Below are positions 47,012 to 57,497 of a stretch of DNA of 64,000 nucleotides, piece after piece. Position 1 is the stretch's first letter. Each line of letters starts with the position of its first letter. The notes beneath the pieces are model-generated. The model was not told the DNA's origin and did not search any database. It worked only from the letters and a program-made list of their open reading frames with translations. The translations under genes were made by a program, and so were the position numbers. Source of the stretch: an uncultured bacterium (GTDB taxonomy: Bacteria > Desulfobacterota > Binatia > UBA1149 > CAITLU01); assembly GCA_903893315.1 (NCBI GenBank), contig CAITLU010000031.1:14402-78401 (forward strand). Reading direction: 5' to 3'.

Positions 47012-48313
47012 ATGACCAGCAAACTTGAAGAAAAGATCGCGAGCGGCAGGGCCCATGCGGGCGTGGTCGGCCTGGGCTACGTTGGGCTTCCGCTGGCGGT
47101 GGAGCTTGCCGGTTCGGGCATGCGGGTGACCGGCATAGATGTGTCGCAACCGAAGGTCACCGCGGTGAACGAAGGCCGCTCCTACATTCTCGACGTTGCG
47201 TCGTCGCGAGTCGCGCAGTTGGTCGGCAAGGGACTGCTCGACGCCACCACCAACTTCGCCGCGGTGGCAACCCTCGACACCATAAACGTCTGCGTACCGA
47301 CTCCGCTGCGCAAGACCCGCGAACCGGATCTTTCATTCGTGATCGACGCGGTCGACAGTCTCGTGCGTTACATGCGGCCGGGGCAGCTCCTGGTACTGGA
47401 AAGCACGACCTATCCGGGCACCACAGAAGAAGTTGTGTTGCCGCGTCTTAGAGCGGCGGGTCTCGAGCCCGGCAAGGACGTCGAGGTGGCGTTCTCGCCA
47501 GAGCGCACAGACCCGGGTAACAAACAGTTTTCTCCACGCAGCATTCCCAAGGTCGTAGGAGGTCACACTCCGGCGGCTGGCGCAGCCGCGCGTGCGCTTT
47601 ACGGCCGCTGCATCGACAAGGTGGTGATGGTGAGTTCGACGCGGGTGGCCGAGATGGTCAAGCTCCTCGAAAACACCTTTCGCAGCGTCAACATCGCGCT
47701 GGTGAACGAGTTGGCGATGATGTGCGACCACTTCGGGATGGACGTGTGGGAAGTGATCGACGCGGCGGCCACCAAACCGTTCGGGTTCATGCCGTTCTAT
47801 CCGGGGCCGGGACTGGGCGGCCACTGCATCCCGGTAGATCCGCATTACCTGACCTGGAAGGCGAGGGCCGAAGGGTTCGAGCCGCGTTTCATAGAGCTGG
47901 CTGCACAGATCAACGCGGAGAAGCCCGAGTTCGTGGTTTCCAAGGTCGTCGACGCGCTGAACGACCGCTGCAAGTCTCTGCGTGGTTCGAAGATCCTCGC
48001 GCTCGGCGTGGCCTACAAGCGCGATGTGGATGACGTGCGTGAATCTCCGTCGCTCGACGTGATGGCGCTGCTTCTCGACAAGGGCGCCGAGATATCGTTC
48101 GCTGATCCTTTCGTCGCGCAGGTCGAACTGCGCGGGCGCACGTTGCGTTCGGTGGCGCTGGACCGCGCGACGATTGCCGGCGCCGATGCGGTGCTGCTGC
48201 TTACCGACCACACCGATTTCGACCGCGTAGCCATCGCGGCCGCGGCGACCATGGTCATCGACACGCGCAACGCCTTCAAGGGGATTGCCGGGGACCACAT
48301 CCGGCGTATCTGA
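47012..48313 (+). CDS. Nucleotide-sugar 6-dehydrogenase (UDP-GlcNAc dehydrogenase, WbpA/TviB-like)
   Basis: GLGYVGLP, CVPTP, ESTTYPGTT, KLLENTFR and GPGLGGHCIPVDP motifs. Confidence 0.95.
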   Translation: MTSKLEEKIASGRAHAGVVGLGYVGLPLAVELAGSGMRVTGIDVSQPKVTAVNEGRSYILDVASSRVAQLVGKGLLDATTNFAAVATLDTINVCVPTPLRKTREPDLSFVIDAVDSLVRYMRPGQLLVLESTTYPGTTEEVVLPRLRAAGLEPGKDVEVAFSPERTDPGNKQFSPRSIPKVVGGHTPAAGAAARALYGRCIDKVVMVSSTRVAEMVKLLENTFRSVNIALVNELAMMCDHFGMDVWEVIDAAATKPFGFMPFYPGPGLGGHCIPVDPHYLTWKARAEGFEPRFIELAAQINAEKPEFVVSKVVDALNDRCKSLRGSKILALGVAYKRDVDDVRESPSLDVMALLLDKGAEISFADPFVAQVELRGRTLRSVALDRATIAGADAVLLLTDHTDFDRVAIAAAATMVIDTRNAFKGIAGDHIRRI

Positions 48314-48320
48314 GCCGGTG

Positions 48321-49469
48321 ATGGCGGGCAAAGACAAGGGCCGCGAGTCGCGGCTGCGCGTGGCTCTGATCATCGGTCAACTGACCTACGGTGGTGCCGA
48401 AAGTCAGCTCTACGAGCTTGCCCGCCGGCTCGCTCGCCGCGGCGGCGGACCAGGTGGAGCGAGCGATGGAAGCTGCGAGGTGGTCGTCTACTGTCTTTCC
48501 TCGAAGGACGAGCCATACGGCAGCCGTCTGCGCCAGGCTGGCGTACGGGTATGCACTTTCACGTCTCGCGGCAGTTTCGACTTCCTGCGTGTGGTCGCGC
48601 TGGCACGCGCCCTTCGCCGGGACCGCATCGAACTGGTGCACGCCTTTCTTTTTCTTGCCAGCGCCTACGCGTACCTAGCCACGCGGCTTGCCGCCGGAAT
48701 CGCCCTGGTGACCTCGGCCCGCAACTGCAAGCCCGAGCCGCATCCGTTGCGGCGCCTGGTGATGCGACGCGCGTTCGCCGCGTCGCGGTCGATCATCTGC
48801 AACTCGCAGGAGATGGAGCGTTACGCGGTGGCCAACTACGGCGCTCCAGTTTCGCTGACGCGCGTCGTTTACAACGGCGTCGACTGCGAACGTTTCTCGC
48901 GTCCCCGTGTCGTACACGAGGGACTGCACATCGGTACGGTGGGGCGCATCGAGAAACAGAAGAACATGGACTTGTTCCTGAGCGCCGCCGAAGGTTTTCT
49001 GCGTGAGCATCCGAACACGAGATTCACCGTGGTCGGCGATGGCTCGCTTCGTGAGCATTACATCGAGGAAGTGCGCAGGCGCGGCCTCTGTGACCGCGTG
49101 ACGCTGCCAGGAACCACGGCCGACGTTCCGGAGTTCCTTGCCGGACTCGATCAGTTCTGGCTCACTTCCGATTACGAGGGCACGCCCAACGTTATCCTCG
49201 AGGCGATGGCTGCCGCCGTGCCTGTGGTGGCCACGCGTGTCGGCGGCACTGGCGAGGTTGTCGAGGACGGCCGCACCGGCATGCTGGTCGACGCCGGAGA
49301 CACCGCGGGTGTCATTCGTGCGGCGCTGCGTCTGGCGGCTGACGGGGTGCTTGCGGAGTCGCTCGGCGCGGCCGCAAGAGAAGCGGCGCGCGTGCGTTTT
49401 TCTTTGGACGCTATGGTCGCAGCGACGCTGGCGGTGTACGCAGAGGCGCTGGCCGCCGGCGCGGCGTAG
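48321..49469 (+). CDS. GT4 glycosyltransferase
   Basis: GGAESQL, VGRIEKQK and TSDYEGTPNVILEAMA motifs. Confidence 0.92.
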   Translation: MAGKDKGRESRLRVALIIGQLTYGGAESQLYELARRLARRGGGPGGASDGSCEVVVYCLSSKDEPYGSRLRQAGVRVCTFTSRGSFDFLRVVALARALRRDRIELVHAFLFLASAYAYLATRLAAGIALVTSARNCKPEPHPLRRLVMRRAFAASRSIICNSQEMERYAVANYGAPVSLTRVVYNGVDCERFSRPRVVHEGLHIGTVGRIEKQKNMDLFLSAAEGFLREHPNTRFTVVGDGSLREHYIEEVRRRGLCDRVTLPGTTADVPEFLAGLDQFWLTSDYEGTPNVILEAMAAAVPVVATRVGGTGEVVEDGRTGMLVDAGDTAGVIRAALRLAADGVLAESLGAAAREAARVRFSLDAMVAATLAVYAEALAAGAA

Positions 49470-49540
49470 GAGAAGTGTGTTTTGGAAGCGCGGGATCAAG
49501 GAGTCTATGGCGGGCGGGAAGCCGACGGGGGATTGAGGCC

Positions 49541-50587
49541 GTGAGTGTGTCGTTTGTCAGCGTCGTCATTCCGATGCGCAATGAGGAAGCCTGGATAGCG
49601 CGCTGCCTCGGAACGGTGCTGGCCCAGGACTATCCGCGTGAAAGTGTGGAGATCCTGGTCGCCGACGGAATGTCGACCGACGGGTCGCGACGTCTGCTCG
49701 CTGAGATGGCCGGCAGCGATCCACGCATCCGCGTTATCGACAACCCCGGCCTCATCGTTCCGACCGGTCTGAATCTGGCGATTGCGGCGGCGCGCGGCGA
49801 TATCATCGCGCGCATCGATGCTCACACGATTCTGGAGCCGGACTATCTACGGATAGGAGTCGAACTGCTCGGTCGCAGCGGGGCCGCCAACGTCGGTGGT
49901 CCGATGGTGTGCCGCGGCGGAGGTCCGGTCGGCGACGCCATCGCTCGTGCGATGCATTCGCGTTTCGGCATCGGCGCGGCCTTTCACTTCGCCAAGGCAG
50001 AATCCGAGTGCGACACGGTCTACATGGGCATGTGGCCCCGCGAGGTTTTTGAGAAGGTCGGGCTTTTCGACACCGAACTGGTGCGCAACCAGGATGACGA
50101 ACTCAGTTATCGAATTCGCAAGTTCGGTGGCCGCATTCTGGTGACGCCGACGATGAAGTCACTCTACCAGAACCGCGAGTCGTGGAAGGATCTCGGCAGG
50201 CAGTTCTACCAGTACGGGGAGTGGAAGGTCAGGGTGCTGCAAAAGCACAGCCGTCAGATGAGCGTGCGCCACTTCGTGCCTCCGGCCTTTCAGCTCGGCC
50301 TGATCGGTGCCGCCGGCTTGGGGCTGGTATGGCCGGCTGCCGGGTGGCTCGCATTCGCCGCTGTGGCGTTGTACGCGGCTGTCCTGGCGTTGGTGGCGGC
50401 GCTGAACCGCGAAACAGTGACTTCGGGTGAGCGGGCAAGGCTGTGGCTCGCATTGGTGATCATCCACCAGTGCTGGGCGGCGGGCTTTCTCGTGGGCCTG
50501 CTGCGTTTCGCTGGTCGATGGGGTAAGCGAGAGACCCAGCCGCCGCTTCTGGCTGCCCGCACGACGGCGCGGGCTTGGACAGAGTAA
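49541..50587 (+). CDS. GT2 glycosyltransferase (ExoA-like)
   Basis: SVVIPMRNEE, ADGMSTD, RIDAH, RNQDDEL and QFYQYG.WK motifs; C-terminal TM. Confidence 0.92.
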   Translation: MSVSFVSVVIPMRNEEAWIARCLGTVLAQDYPRESVEILVADGMSTDGSRRLLAEMAGSDPRIRVIDNPGLIVPTGLNLAIAAARGDIIARIDAHTILEPDYLRIGVELLGRSGAANVGGPMVCRGGGPVGDAIARAMHSRFGIGAAFHFAKAESECDTVYMGMWPREVFEKVGLFDTELVRNQDDELSYRIRKFGGRILVTPTMKSLYQNRESWKDLGRQFYQYGEWKVRVLQKHSRQMSVRHFVPPAFQLGLIGAAGLGLVWPAAGWLAFAAVALYAAVLALVAALNRETVTSGERARLWLALVIIHQCWAAGFLVGLLRFAGRWGKRETQPPLLAARTTARAWTE

Positions 50588-50625
50588 GGCAACGGTGTTT
50601 TTCCAAGTGGCTTTGAGGAGAGAGC

Positions 50626-51423
50626 ATGAGTAACGATTCACTGACCGTTTCGGTCTTGATCCCCTGTTACAACGAAGTCGATACGGTCAGGAACGTGATC
50701 GCACGGGTGCGCATGGTTCCGGTCCCCACCGAGATCATCCTGGTCGACGACTGCTCGGTGGATGGAACCCGCGATGTTCTCCAGAAGCTCGCTGAAGAAG
50801 ACCCCACGCTCAAGGTCTATTTTCACGAGATAAATCGCGGTAAGGGCGCCGCGATCCGCACCGCGCTGGCGGCTGCCACCGGCGACGTCACCCTCGTGCA
50901 GGATGCCGACATGGAATACGACCCGATGGAATATCCGGGGCTTCTCGAGCCGATCCGTCAGGGCGTCGCCGATGTGGTCTACGGCTCGCGCTTTCTCGGC
51001 GGGCCGCATCGAGTGCTGTTCTTCTGGCATCAGCTCGGCAATCAACTGCTGACTCTGTTGTCGAACGTGATGACCAACCTGAACCTCACCGACATGGAGA
51101 CCGGCTACAAGGTCTTCCGCACTGATCTGCTCAAGCGCATGCGGCTGACCGCCGATCGTTTCGGTTTCGAGCCGGAAGTAACTTCCCGCGTTGCGCAGAT
51201 GCGTTGCCGCATCTTCGAAGTGCCAATTTCCTACTGGGGTCGCGACTACGACGCCGGCAAGAAGATCACGTGGAAGGACGGCGTGGCCGCGTTCTGGTTC
51301 ATCTTCAAGTTCAACGTACTCGATCGGATGCCGAAGTCTGAGACGGCAGCGGCGTATCCTGCACACTGGCATCGCCTCGATCGCGGTGCGCCGCAGCCGG
51401 CTGCGGAGGAGAAAAAGCCCTGA
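50626..51423 (+). CDS. GT2 glycosyltransferase, dolichol/polyprenol-phosphate mannose synthase-like
   Basis: VDDCSVDGT, NRGKGAA, QDADMEYDP, TDMETGYK, FGFEPE and GKKITWKDG motifs. Confidence 0.93.
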   Translation: MSNDSLTVSVLIPCYNEVDTVRNVIARVRMVPVPTEIILVDDCSVDGTRDVLQKLAEEDPTLKVYFHEINRGKGAAIRTALAAATGDVTLVQDADMEYDPMEYPGLLEPIRQGVADVVYGSRFLGGPHRVLFFWHQLGNQLLTLLSNVMTNLNLTDMETGYKVFRTDLLKRMRLTADRFGFEPEVTSRVAQMRCRIFEVPISYWGRDYDAGKKITWKDGVAAFWFIFKFNVLDRMPKSETAAAYPAHWHRLDRGAPQPAAEEKKP

Positions 51424-52370
51424 ACAAGCTCTGGCTCGTAACCGGTGGTGCCGGCTTCATCGGCTCCAACATCGTCGCCGAACTCAGGCGCCGCGGTGAA
51501 GTCGTGCGCGTATTCGACAGCCTGGCGACCGGGCTCGAGAGCAACCTCGACGCTTTCGGCGGCGACGTCGAGTTCCACCGCGGGGATCTGCGTGACACCG
51601 CGGCGCTGGCGGCGGCGATGCGTGGTGTAACCCACGTTCTGCACCTGGCGGCGCTGGGTTCGGTGCCGCGTTCGATCGAAGACCCGGCTTTGAGCAACGA
51701 CGTCAACGTCACGGGTACGCTCAACGTGCTGGTTGCGGCGCGTGATGCCGGTGTCGAACGTGTGGTCTTCTCTTCTTCTTCTTCGGTGTACGGGGCCAGC
51801 CAGGCACTGCCCAAACGCGTCGGCCATCTTCTCGATCCGATCTCGCCCTACGCCGTTACCAAGCAGGCCGGCGAGCAGTACACGAGAGTGTTTGCCGGTG
51901 TCTACGGTCTGTCCACGGTTTCGCTGCGGTACTTCAACGTGTTCGGTCCTAATCAGCGGCCCGACTCGGCCTACGCGGCGGTAATTCCGAAGTTCATGGC
52001 GTGGGCGCTTGCGGGTGAGCCGCTGGTGATTCACGGCGACGGTCTTCAGGCTCGCGATTTCACCTACGTGGCCAACGTCGTGTCGGCCAACTTGCTGGCT
52101 GCGACCGCCGCCGCCGGCGTCGACGGCGAGGTATTCAACATAGCCTGCGGGAAGAGCTACTCGCTGCTCGACATAGCGGATGCGCTGGGCGCCGCGGCGG
52201 GGCGTCGCTTGGAGCGGCACCACGTCGGTGGTCGCGCCGGCGATGTGCGCCAGAGCCTCGCCGACATCGAGCCTGCCAAGGCAAAGCTCGGCTATCGCGT
52301 GCTGGTAGAGTTCGAAGAAGGCCTGGCGAATACCTGGGAGGTATTTCGCGGGCGCTTCGGCGCCGCGTAG
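51420..52370 (+). CDS. UDP-GlcNAc(A) 4-epimerase-like SDR (WbpP-like), probable CTG start
   Basis: In-frame LNKLWLVTGGAGFIGSN lies upstream of the track start; HLAALGSVPRS, SSSSVYG, YAVTK and LRYFNVFGP motifs. Confidence 0.92.
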   Translation: MNKLWLVTGGAGFIGSNIVAELRRRGEVVRVFDSLATGLESNLDAFGGDVEFHRGDLRDTAALAAAMRGVTHVLHLAALGSVPRSIEDPALSNDVNVTGTLNVLVAARDAGVERVVFSSSSSVYGASQALPKRVGHLLDPISPYAVTKQAGEQYTRVFAGVYGLSTVSLRYFNVFGPNQRPDSAYAAVIPKFMAWALAGEPLVIHGDGLQARDFTYVANVVSANLLAATAAAGVDGEVFNIACGKSYSLLDIADALGAAAGRRLERHHVGGRAGDVRQSLADIEPAKAKLGYRVLVEFEEGLANTWEVFRGRFGAA

Positions 52371-52401
52371 GAATTCGCGCAACCGGTGCTGCGGGCGAGG
52401 C

Positions 52402-53274
52402 CTACAGCACCTTGTTCAGCGGATACTCGATGATCCCTTCGGCGCCTACTTCGACGAGGCGCGGGATCAAGTCGCGCACAACTGATTCGGCGATGACGAC
52501 TTCGATCGACAGCCAATCCTTGTGGTAGAGGTTGGCGACTGTCGGTGCGGTTATCGACGGCAGGATGCCCATCACGTCGGCAACGCGGTTGCTCGGCACG
52601 TTCATCTTCAGACCGACCTGGGCTTCGGCACGCAGCGCGCCTTGCAGCAGCAAAGACAGCTGCTCGATCTTGCGTTTCTTGAAGCTGTCGGCGAGCGCCT
52701 TGCGGCCGGCGATCAACTGCGGGTTGGACTCCATCAGGTCTGCGATGATGACGAGGCCGTTGGCGCGGATGGTACTGCCGGTTTCGGTGACTTCGACGAT
52801 GGCGTCGCAAAGGCCGGCGGCGACCTTCGCCTCGGTCGCACCCCATGAAAACTCGACGCTTACATCGATGCCGCGGTCGGCGAAGAAACGCTGCGTGAAG
52901 CCGACCAGTTCGGTGGAGATGCGTTTGCCGGCCAGGTCTTCGGGCTTGGTTATCGCCGAGTTGGCGGGAACCGCGAGCACCCAGCGCGTGGGACGAAAGG
53001 AGGCCTTCGAGTAGACGAGGTCGCAGATTACTTCGACGTCGGAGCCGTTCTCGGCGATCCAGTCCTTGCCGGTGATTCCGCAGTCGAGTGAGCCGAGTTC
53101 GACGTAGCGCGACATTTCCTGGGCGCGCACCAGCGAGCAGGCGATCTCCGGGTCGTCGATGTTCGGGAAGTAGCTGCGCGAACTGGTCGTGACGCGCCAG
53201 CCCGACTTCTTCATCAGGTCGGTGGTGGTCTGCTCCAGGCTGCCTTTGGGAAGGCCGAGTTTGAGAACGTTCAC
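52402..53274 (-). CDS. hisG: ATP phosphoribosyltransferase (long form)
   Basis: [22 protein letters not shown] and [12 protein letters not shown] motifs; C-terminal regulatory domain; GTG start at 53274. Confidence 0.95.
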   Translation of the reverse strand: MNVLKLGLPKGSLEQTTTDLMKKSGWRVTTSSRSYFPNIDDPEIACSLVRAQEMSRYVELGSLDCGITGKDWIAENGSDVEVICDLVYSKASFRPTRWVLAVPANSAITKPEDLAGKRISTELVGFTQRFFADRGIDVSVEFSWGATEAKVAAGLCDAIVEVTETGSTIRANGLVIIADLMESNPQLIAGRKALADSFKKRKIEQLSLLLQGALRAEAQVGLKMNVPSNRVADVMGILPSITAPTVANLYHKDWLSIEVVIAESVVRDLIPRLVEVGAEGIIEYPLNKVL

Positions 53275-53417
53275 TCTTTGATGATCCTTGTCGTGAGGTG
53301 CGGTGCAACGGGCACCGGGCCATCGGGTCGCTCGATCTGGTCTCCTCATGGGACCGACGGCGGCGACCACAACCGCCGCATAGTTGCGGAGAGGTGGGTG
53401 AAAGGCAAAAATCCCCC

Positions 53418-54446
53418 ATGCGTCTTGGTGAACTCGCGCAGCGGCTCGGTCTGGATCTCGAAGGAGACGGCGACATCGAGATCTCGGGAATCGCGCCGAT
53501 CGACGCGGCCGGCCCCGGGGACCTCACTTTCGTCGCCAATCCCAAATACCGTCAGCAGTTGGCCTCGACCGGAGCGGTCGCCGTCATCGTCGGCCCCGGC
53601 CAATATGCGGCGGGCAAAGCGATACTCAGAGCTGCCGATCCTTACGCCGCTCTTGCAGCGGCGCTGCTGCTGTTCGACCGGCGGCCGCGCCCCGCGCCCG
53701 GGATTCACGCTACTGCGCTGATTTCTCCTTCGGCGTGCGTAGGCGAGGGCGCTTCGATCGGTCCTTATGCCGTGGTCGGCGAAGACGTGGTCGTAGGGCG
53801 GGATTCTGTTCTGCATCCCCACGTGGTGATTTATCCTGGCGCCCGCATTGGTGACAGATTCACGGCGCATGCCGGCGCCGTGGTTCGAGAGTCGGTGGTG
53901 GTCGGCGATGACGTCGTGCTGCAGCCCGGTGCGGTGGTCGGGGCCGATGGCTTCGGCTTTCTGCCGCGGGGGCGCGAGGTTCCGCTGCCGATTCCGCAGA
54001 TCGGCACCGTGCGTCTGTGCGATCACGTCGAGATCGGCGCCAACACCACGGTGGACCGCGCCACGGTGGGCGAAACCCGGCTGGGCCGTGGGGTAAAGCT
54101 CGACAATCTGGTGATGGTCGGCCACGGCAGCCGCATCGGCGATGGCTCGATGATGGCCGGGCAGACCGGCATGGCAGGCAGCACCCGCATCGGCGCCCGG
54201 GTGATGTCCGGCGGCCAGGCCGGTTTCGCCGGCCATCTGAGCGTGGGGGATGATGCTCGCATCGGCGCGCAGGCCGGGGTGATCGGCAACGTCGAACCGG
54301 GTGCCACCGTCGCAGGCATGCCGGCGGTCGAGCTCAATTTGTGGCTCCGCGCTGTGGCTTCCCTGCTGCGTCTTCCCGATCTGCTGCGCCGGGTGCGCCG
54401 CCTGGAAAGGCTTTCCGACTCGACCGAACCCCCTGACGACTGCTGA
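53418..54446 (+). CDS. lpxD: UDP-3-O-(3-hydroxyacyl)glucosamine N-acyltransferase
   Basis: LTFVANPKY, hexapeptide repeats, GADGFGF, IPQIG and [19 protein letters not shown] motifs. Confidence 0.95.
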   Translation: MRLGELAQRLGLDLEGDGDIEISGIAPIDAAGPGDLTFVANPKYRQQLASTGAVAVIVGPGQYAAGKAILRAADPYAALAAALLLFDRRPRPAPGIHATALISPSACVGEGASIGPYAVVGEDVVVGRDSVLHPHVVIYPGARIGDRFTAHAGAVVRESVVVGDDVVLQPGAVVGADGFGFLPRGREVPLPIPQIGTVRLCDHVEIGANTTVDRATVGETRLGRGVKLDNLVMVGHGSRIGDGSMMAGQTGMAGSTRIGARVMSGGQAGFAGHLSVGDDARIGAQAGVIGNVEPGATVAGMPAVELNLWLRAVASLLRLPDLLRRVRRLERLSDSTEPPDDC

Positions 54447-54580
54447 TCGACGAGCCCGAAGGCCCGGCGCCCCGCCGCGCAGAGTGCGCCGGGGTGAGGA
54501 ATCGGCGGCCGGACGTTGCCTCCGTGGCCGGACACCGCTAAGAACCTCGTTTCGCATTGAGCGTTTGGCGGAGAGTAGCG

Positions 54581-55054
54581 GTGATCGTCAGGGTGCCCGA
54601 CCTTACCGAAGAAGTCCGCAAGGTCGTTTTTTGCGAACCTGCGGCTTCGCTCAATGACCGGATAGACGCGAGTCCGGGCCGGGAAGACGAGCATTTCGTC
54701 GGCGACCTGGAGGTTGACGGTGAGCTCTACCGCACCGAGGGCGACGTGCACTTCAGCGGCAGTGTCGGAGCGCAGGTCCGGTCGGTTTGTTCTCGCTGTC
54801 TCGAAGAGTTCGTTTGGCAGCTGGAGCGCGATTTCAGCTTCGTGATCGTGCCTGCCAAGGCTGCGGAAGAACCGCAGGACGACGAAGGGATAGATCACTA
54901 CAGCGGCGACGACCTCGATCTGGCGCCGCTGGTATGCGAGCAGGCTCTGCTTGCGCTGGATCTTTCGCTGCTGTGTTCGGATTCTTGCCGCGGACTGTGT
55001 GCGGGTTGCGGCGCCAACCTCAATGTCGAGGAGTGCAGGTGCGCCAATCGCTGA
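54581..55054 (+). CDS. yceD: YceD/DUF177 family protein
   Basis: CSRCL and LC...CRGLC..CG.NLN...C.C motifs; position directly before rpmF. Confidence 0.9.
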   Translation: MIVRVPDLTEEVRKVVFCEPAASLNDRIDASPGREDEHFVGDLEVDGELYRTEGDVHFSGSVGAQVRSVCSRCLEEFVWQLERDFSFVIVPAKAAEEPQDDEGIDHYSGDDLDLAPLVCEQALLALDLSLLCSDSCRGLCAGCGANLNVEECRCANR

Positions 55055-55093
55055 TGAAGGCCGATCAAGGCCGCAGCGCCGAGGAGAGAGAAG

Positions 55094-55276
55094 ATGCCAG
55101 TTCCCAAACGTAGAACGTCAAAGTCCAAGAAAAACATGCGGCGCTCGCACGATGCTCTGACACCCACCGTGTCGGTTAATTGCTCCAACTGCGGCGAGCG
55201 GACCTTGCCTCATCACGTGTGTCCGTCCTGCGGTAATTACCACGGGCGCCGCGTGGTCGAGACCGCCGAGGTTTGA
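55094..55276 (+). CDS. rpmF: 50S ribosomal protein L32 (Zn-binding form)
   Basis: [11 protein letters not shown]...C..CG...PHHVC..CG.Y. Confidence 0.97.
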   Translation: MPVPKRRTSKSKKNMRRSHDALTPTVSVNCSNCGERTLPHHVCPSCGNYHGRRVVETAEV

Positions 55277-55475
55277 ACCGCTGAAGCCTGCCTCGACTCC
55301 GCTGATGTCGATGTCGCGGGTCCGGTCGCGCGATTCGTGGTTCCGGCCACGGTTGCAGCCGTTGGTGTATGTGCGCGATGAAGTGCGGAGTTTACTCTCC
55401 GACCGTGTGTTGTATGTCAATGGTGGAATTTATCTGCATGCCGCGCTGCTCGCGGCTGCGAAGGGAGTGTAAGCG

Positions 55476-55715
55476 ATGGCTCAAACCGAGAGGGTGATCG
55501 AGATCATCTGCGACCAACTGACCCTCGACCGCTCGCAGGTCACCCACGAATCGTCGTTCCTCGAAGACCTTGGCGCCGACTCGTTGGACATCGTCCAGCT
55601 GATCATGGCCCTCGAAGAGGAGTACGGCCTGGAGATTTCCGACGAGGACGCCGAGAAGATCCGGACCGTGCAGGACATCATCGATTTCATCAACACCCAC
55701 CACACCAGCCGCTAG
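55476..55715 (+). CDS. acpP: Acyl carrier protein
   Basis: DLGADSLD...MALEEE..I.DEDAEKI.TV. Confidence 0.96.
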   Translation: MAQTERVIEIICDQLTLDRSQVTHESSFLEDLGADSLDIVQLIMALEEEYGLEISDEDAEKIRTVQDIIDFINTHHTSR

Positions 55716-55734
55716 GGAGGCCGCCACGGCGGCT

Positions 55735-56184
55735 TTGCGCAAAAGAATTCATGTCGGTTGCGATCACGCAGCCGTCGCGGCCAAGAACGTGGTCATCGAC
55801 GAGCTGCGCGCTCGCGGTTTCGACGTAGACGACGTCGGCACCGACGGCACCGCTTCGGTCGACTATCCGGACTACGCCGAGAAGGTCGGCCGTGCGGTTG
55901 CGGACGGCGAGGCGTGCTGCGGCGTACTGCTGTGCGGGAGCGGCATCGGCATGTCGATCGCCGCCAACAAGATCGCGGGCGTGCGTGCGGCCCTGGTTCA
56001 CGATGTGACCGGCGCCGAACTGTCGCGTCGGCACAACGACGCCAATGTTCTGGTGCTCGGCGGCGGAATGCTTGGTGACAGGCTGATTCGCGAGATCGTG
56101 CGAACCTGGGTAGAGAGCGATTTCGAAGGCGGCCGCCACAGCCTGCGCATCGACAAGATTCGCGCCCTCGAAAGAAACAAGTGA
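55735..56184 (+). CDS. rpiB: Ribose-5-phosphate isomerase B
   Basis: GCDHA, VDYPD, CGSGIG.SI.ANK, HNDANVL and FEGGRH motifs. Confidence 0.95.
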   Translation: MRKRIHVGCDHAAVAAKNVVIDELRARGFDVDDVGTDGTASVDYPDYAEKVGRAVADGEACCGVLLCGSGIGMSIAANKIAGVRAALVHDVTGAELSRRHNDANVLVLGGGMLGDRLIREIVRTWVESDFEGGRHSLRIDKIRALERNK

Positions 56185-56240
56185 CGCTGGTCTGACACGA
56201 AGGCGTGTCCGGGCCGGCGGTCGACAAAGAAGGAGAAGTC

Positions 56241-57497
56241 GTGAGTTTTCTAGAGACCACCGACCCCGAGGTCTACGCAGCCATCCGTAAAGAGGGCCGT
56301 CGCCAGGAACTCTTCCTCGAACTGATCGCGTCGGAGAACGTGGTTAGCGAGGCGGTTCTCGAAGCCGCCGGTTCCGTGCTCACCAACAAATACGCGGAGG
56401 GTTACCCCGGCAAGCGCTATTACGGCGGTTGCGAGCACGTCGACGTCGTGGAGGGGCTGGCGATAGAGCGCGCCAAGCGTCTGTTCGGTGCCGAGCACGC
56501 CAACGTGCAGCCGCACTCGGGTTCGCAGGCCAACATGGCCGTGTATTTCTCGATTCTCGACCCCGGCGACGTCGTTCTGGCGATGAACCTCGCGCACGGA
56601 GGTCATCTCACGCACGGCAGTCCGGTGAACTTCTCCGGACGGTTTTTTAAGATAGTTCCGTACGGAGTGAGCGAGGGCGACCACCGCATCGATTTCGATC
56701 AGGTGCGCAAGCTGGCCCTAGAGAACAAGCCGAAACTGATCGTCTGCGGTCACAGCGCGTACCCGCGACAACTCGACTTCGCAGCTTTCCGCAGCATCGC
56801 CGACGAGGTCGGTGCGCTGCTCATGGCCGACATCGCGCATGTGGCAGGTCTGGTGGTCGGCGGAGTGCATCCGTCGCCGGTTCCTTACTGCGACTTCGTC
56901 ACGACGACCACGCACAAGACCCTGCGCGGACCTCGCGGCGGACTGATCCTTTGCAAGTCCGAGCACGCCAAGAAGATCGACTCGTCGATCTTCCCAGGTA
57001 ATCAGGGTGGACCTCTGATGCACGTGATCGCGGCCAAGGCTGTGGCTTTTCTCGAGGCGTCGCAGCCTTCGTTCCGCACCTACCAGAAGAACATCGTCGA
57101 CAACGCCGCAGCCATGGCTGCCGGTCTGCTCGAAGAAGGGTTCCGCCTGGTTTCCGGCGGTACCGACAATCACATGATGCTGCTTGATCTGCGCGACAGC
57201 GAGATGACCGGCAAGAAGGCCCAGGAGACGCTCGATCTCGCTCACATCACTGCGAACCGCAATTCGGTTCCCTTCGACACACGCTCGCCGTTCGTTACGT
57301 CCGGGCTCAGGCTCGGCACGCCGGCGGTGACGACGAGGGGCTTCGGGACGGTGGAGATGCGCCGTATCGCGGCCTGGATAGGCCGCGCTCTGGCTGCTCC
57401 AGACGATGCTGGGTCGCTCGCGCTGATCGGCGCTGAGATCGCGACTTTGTGCCGGGCTTTTCCGCTTTATCCGGCGCGCGGCTATGCCGACGACTGA
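56241..57497 (+). CDS. glyA: Serine hydroxymethyltransferase
   Basis: [26 protein letters not shown] and [14 protein letters not shown] motifs; AAGGAG before GTG 56241. Confidence 0.98.
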   Translation: MSFLETTDPEVYAAIRKEGRRQELFLELIASENVVSEAVLEAAGSVLTNKYAEGYPGKRYYGGCEHVDVVEGLAIERAKRLFGAEHANVQPHSGSQANMAVYFSILDPGDVVLAMNLAHGGHLTHGSPVNFSGRFFKIVPYGVSEGDHRIDFDQVRKLALENKPKLIVCGHSAYPRQLDFAAFRSIADEVGALLMADIAHVAGLVVGGVHPSPVPYCDFVTTTTHKTLRGPRGGLILCKSEHAKKIDSSIFPGNQGGPLMHVIAAKAVAFLEASQPSFRTYQKNIVDNAAAMAAGLLEEGFRLVSGGTDNHMMLLDLRDSEMTGKKAQETLDLAHITANRNSVPFDTRSPFVTSGLRLGTPAVTTRGFGTVEMRRIAAWIGRALAAPDDAGSLALIGAEIATLCRAFPLYPARGYADD

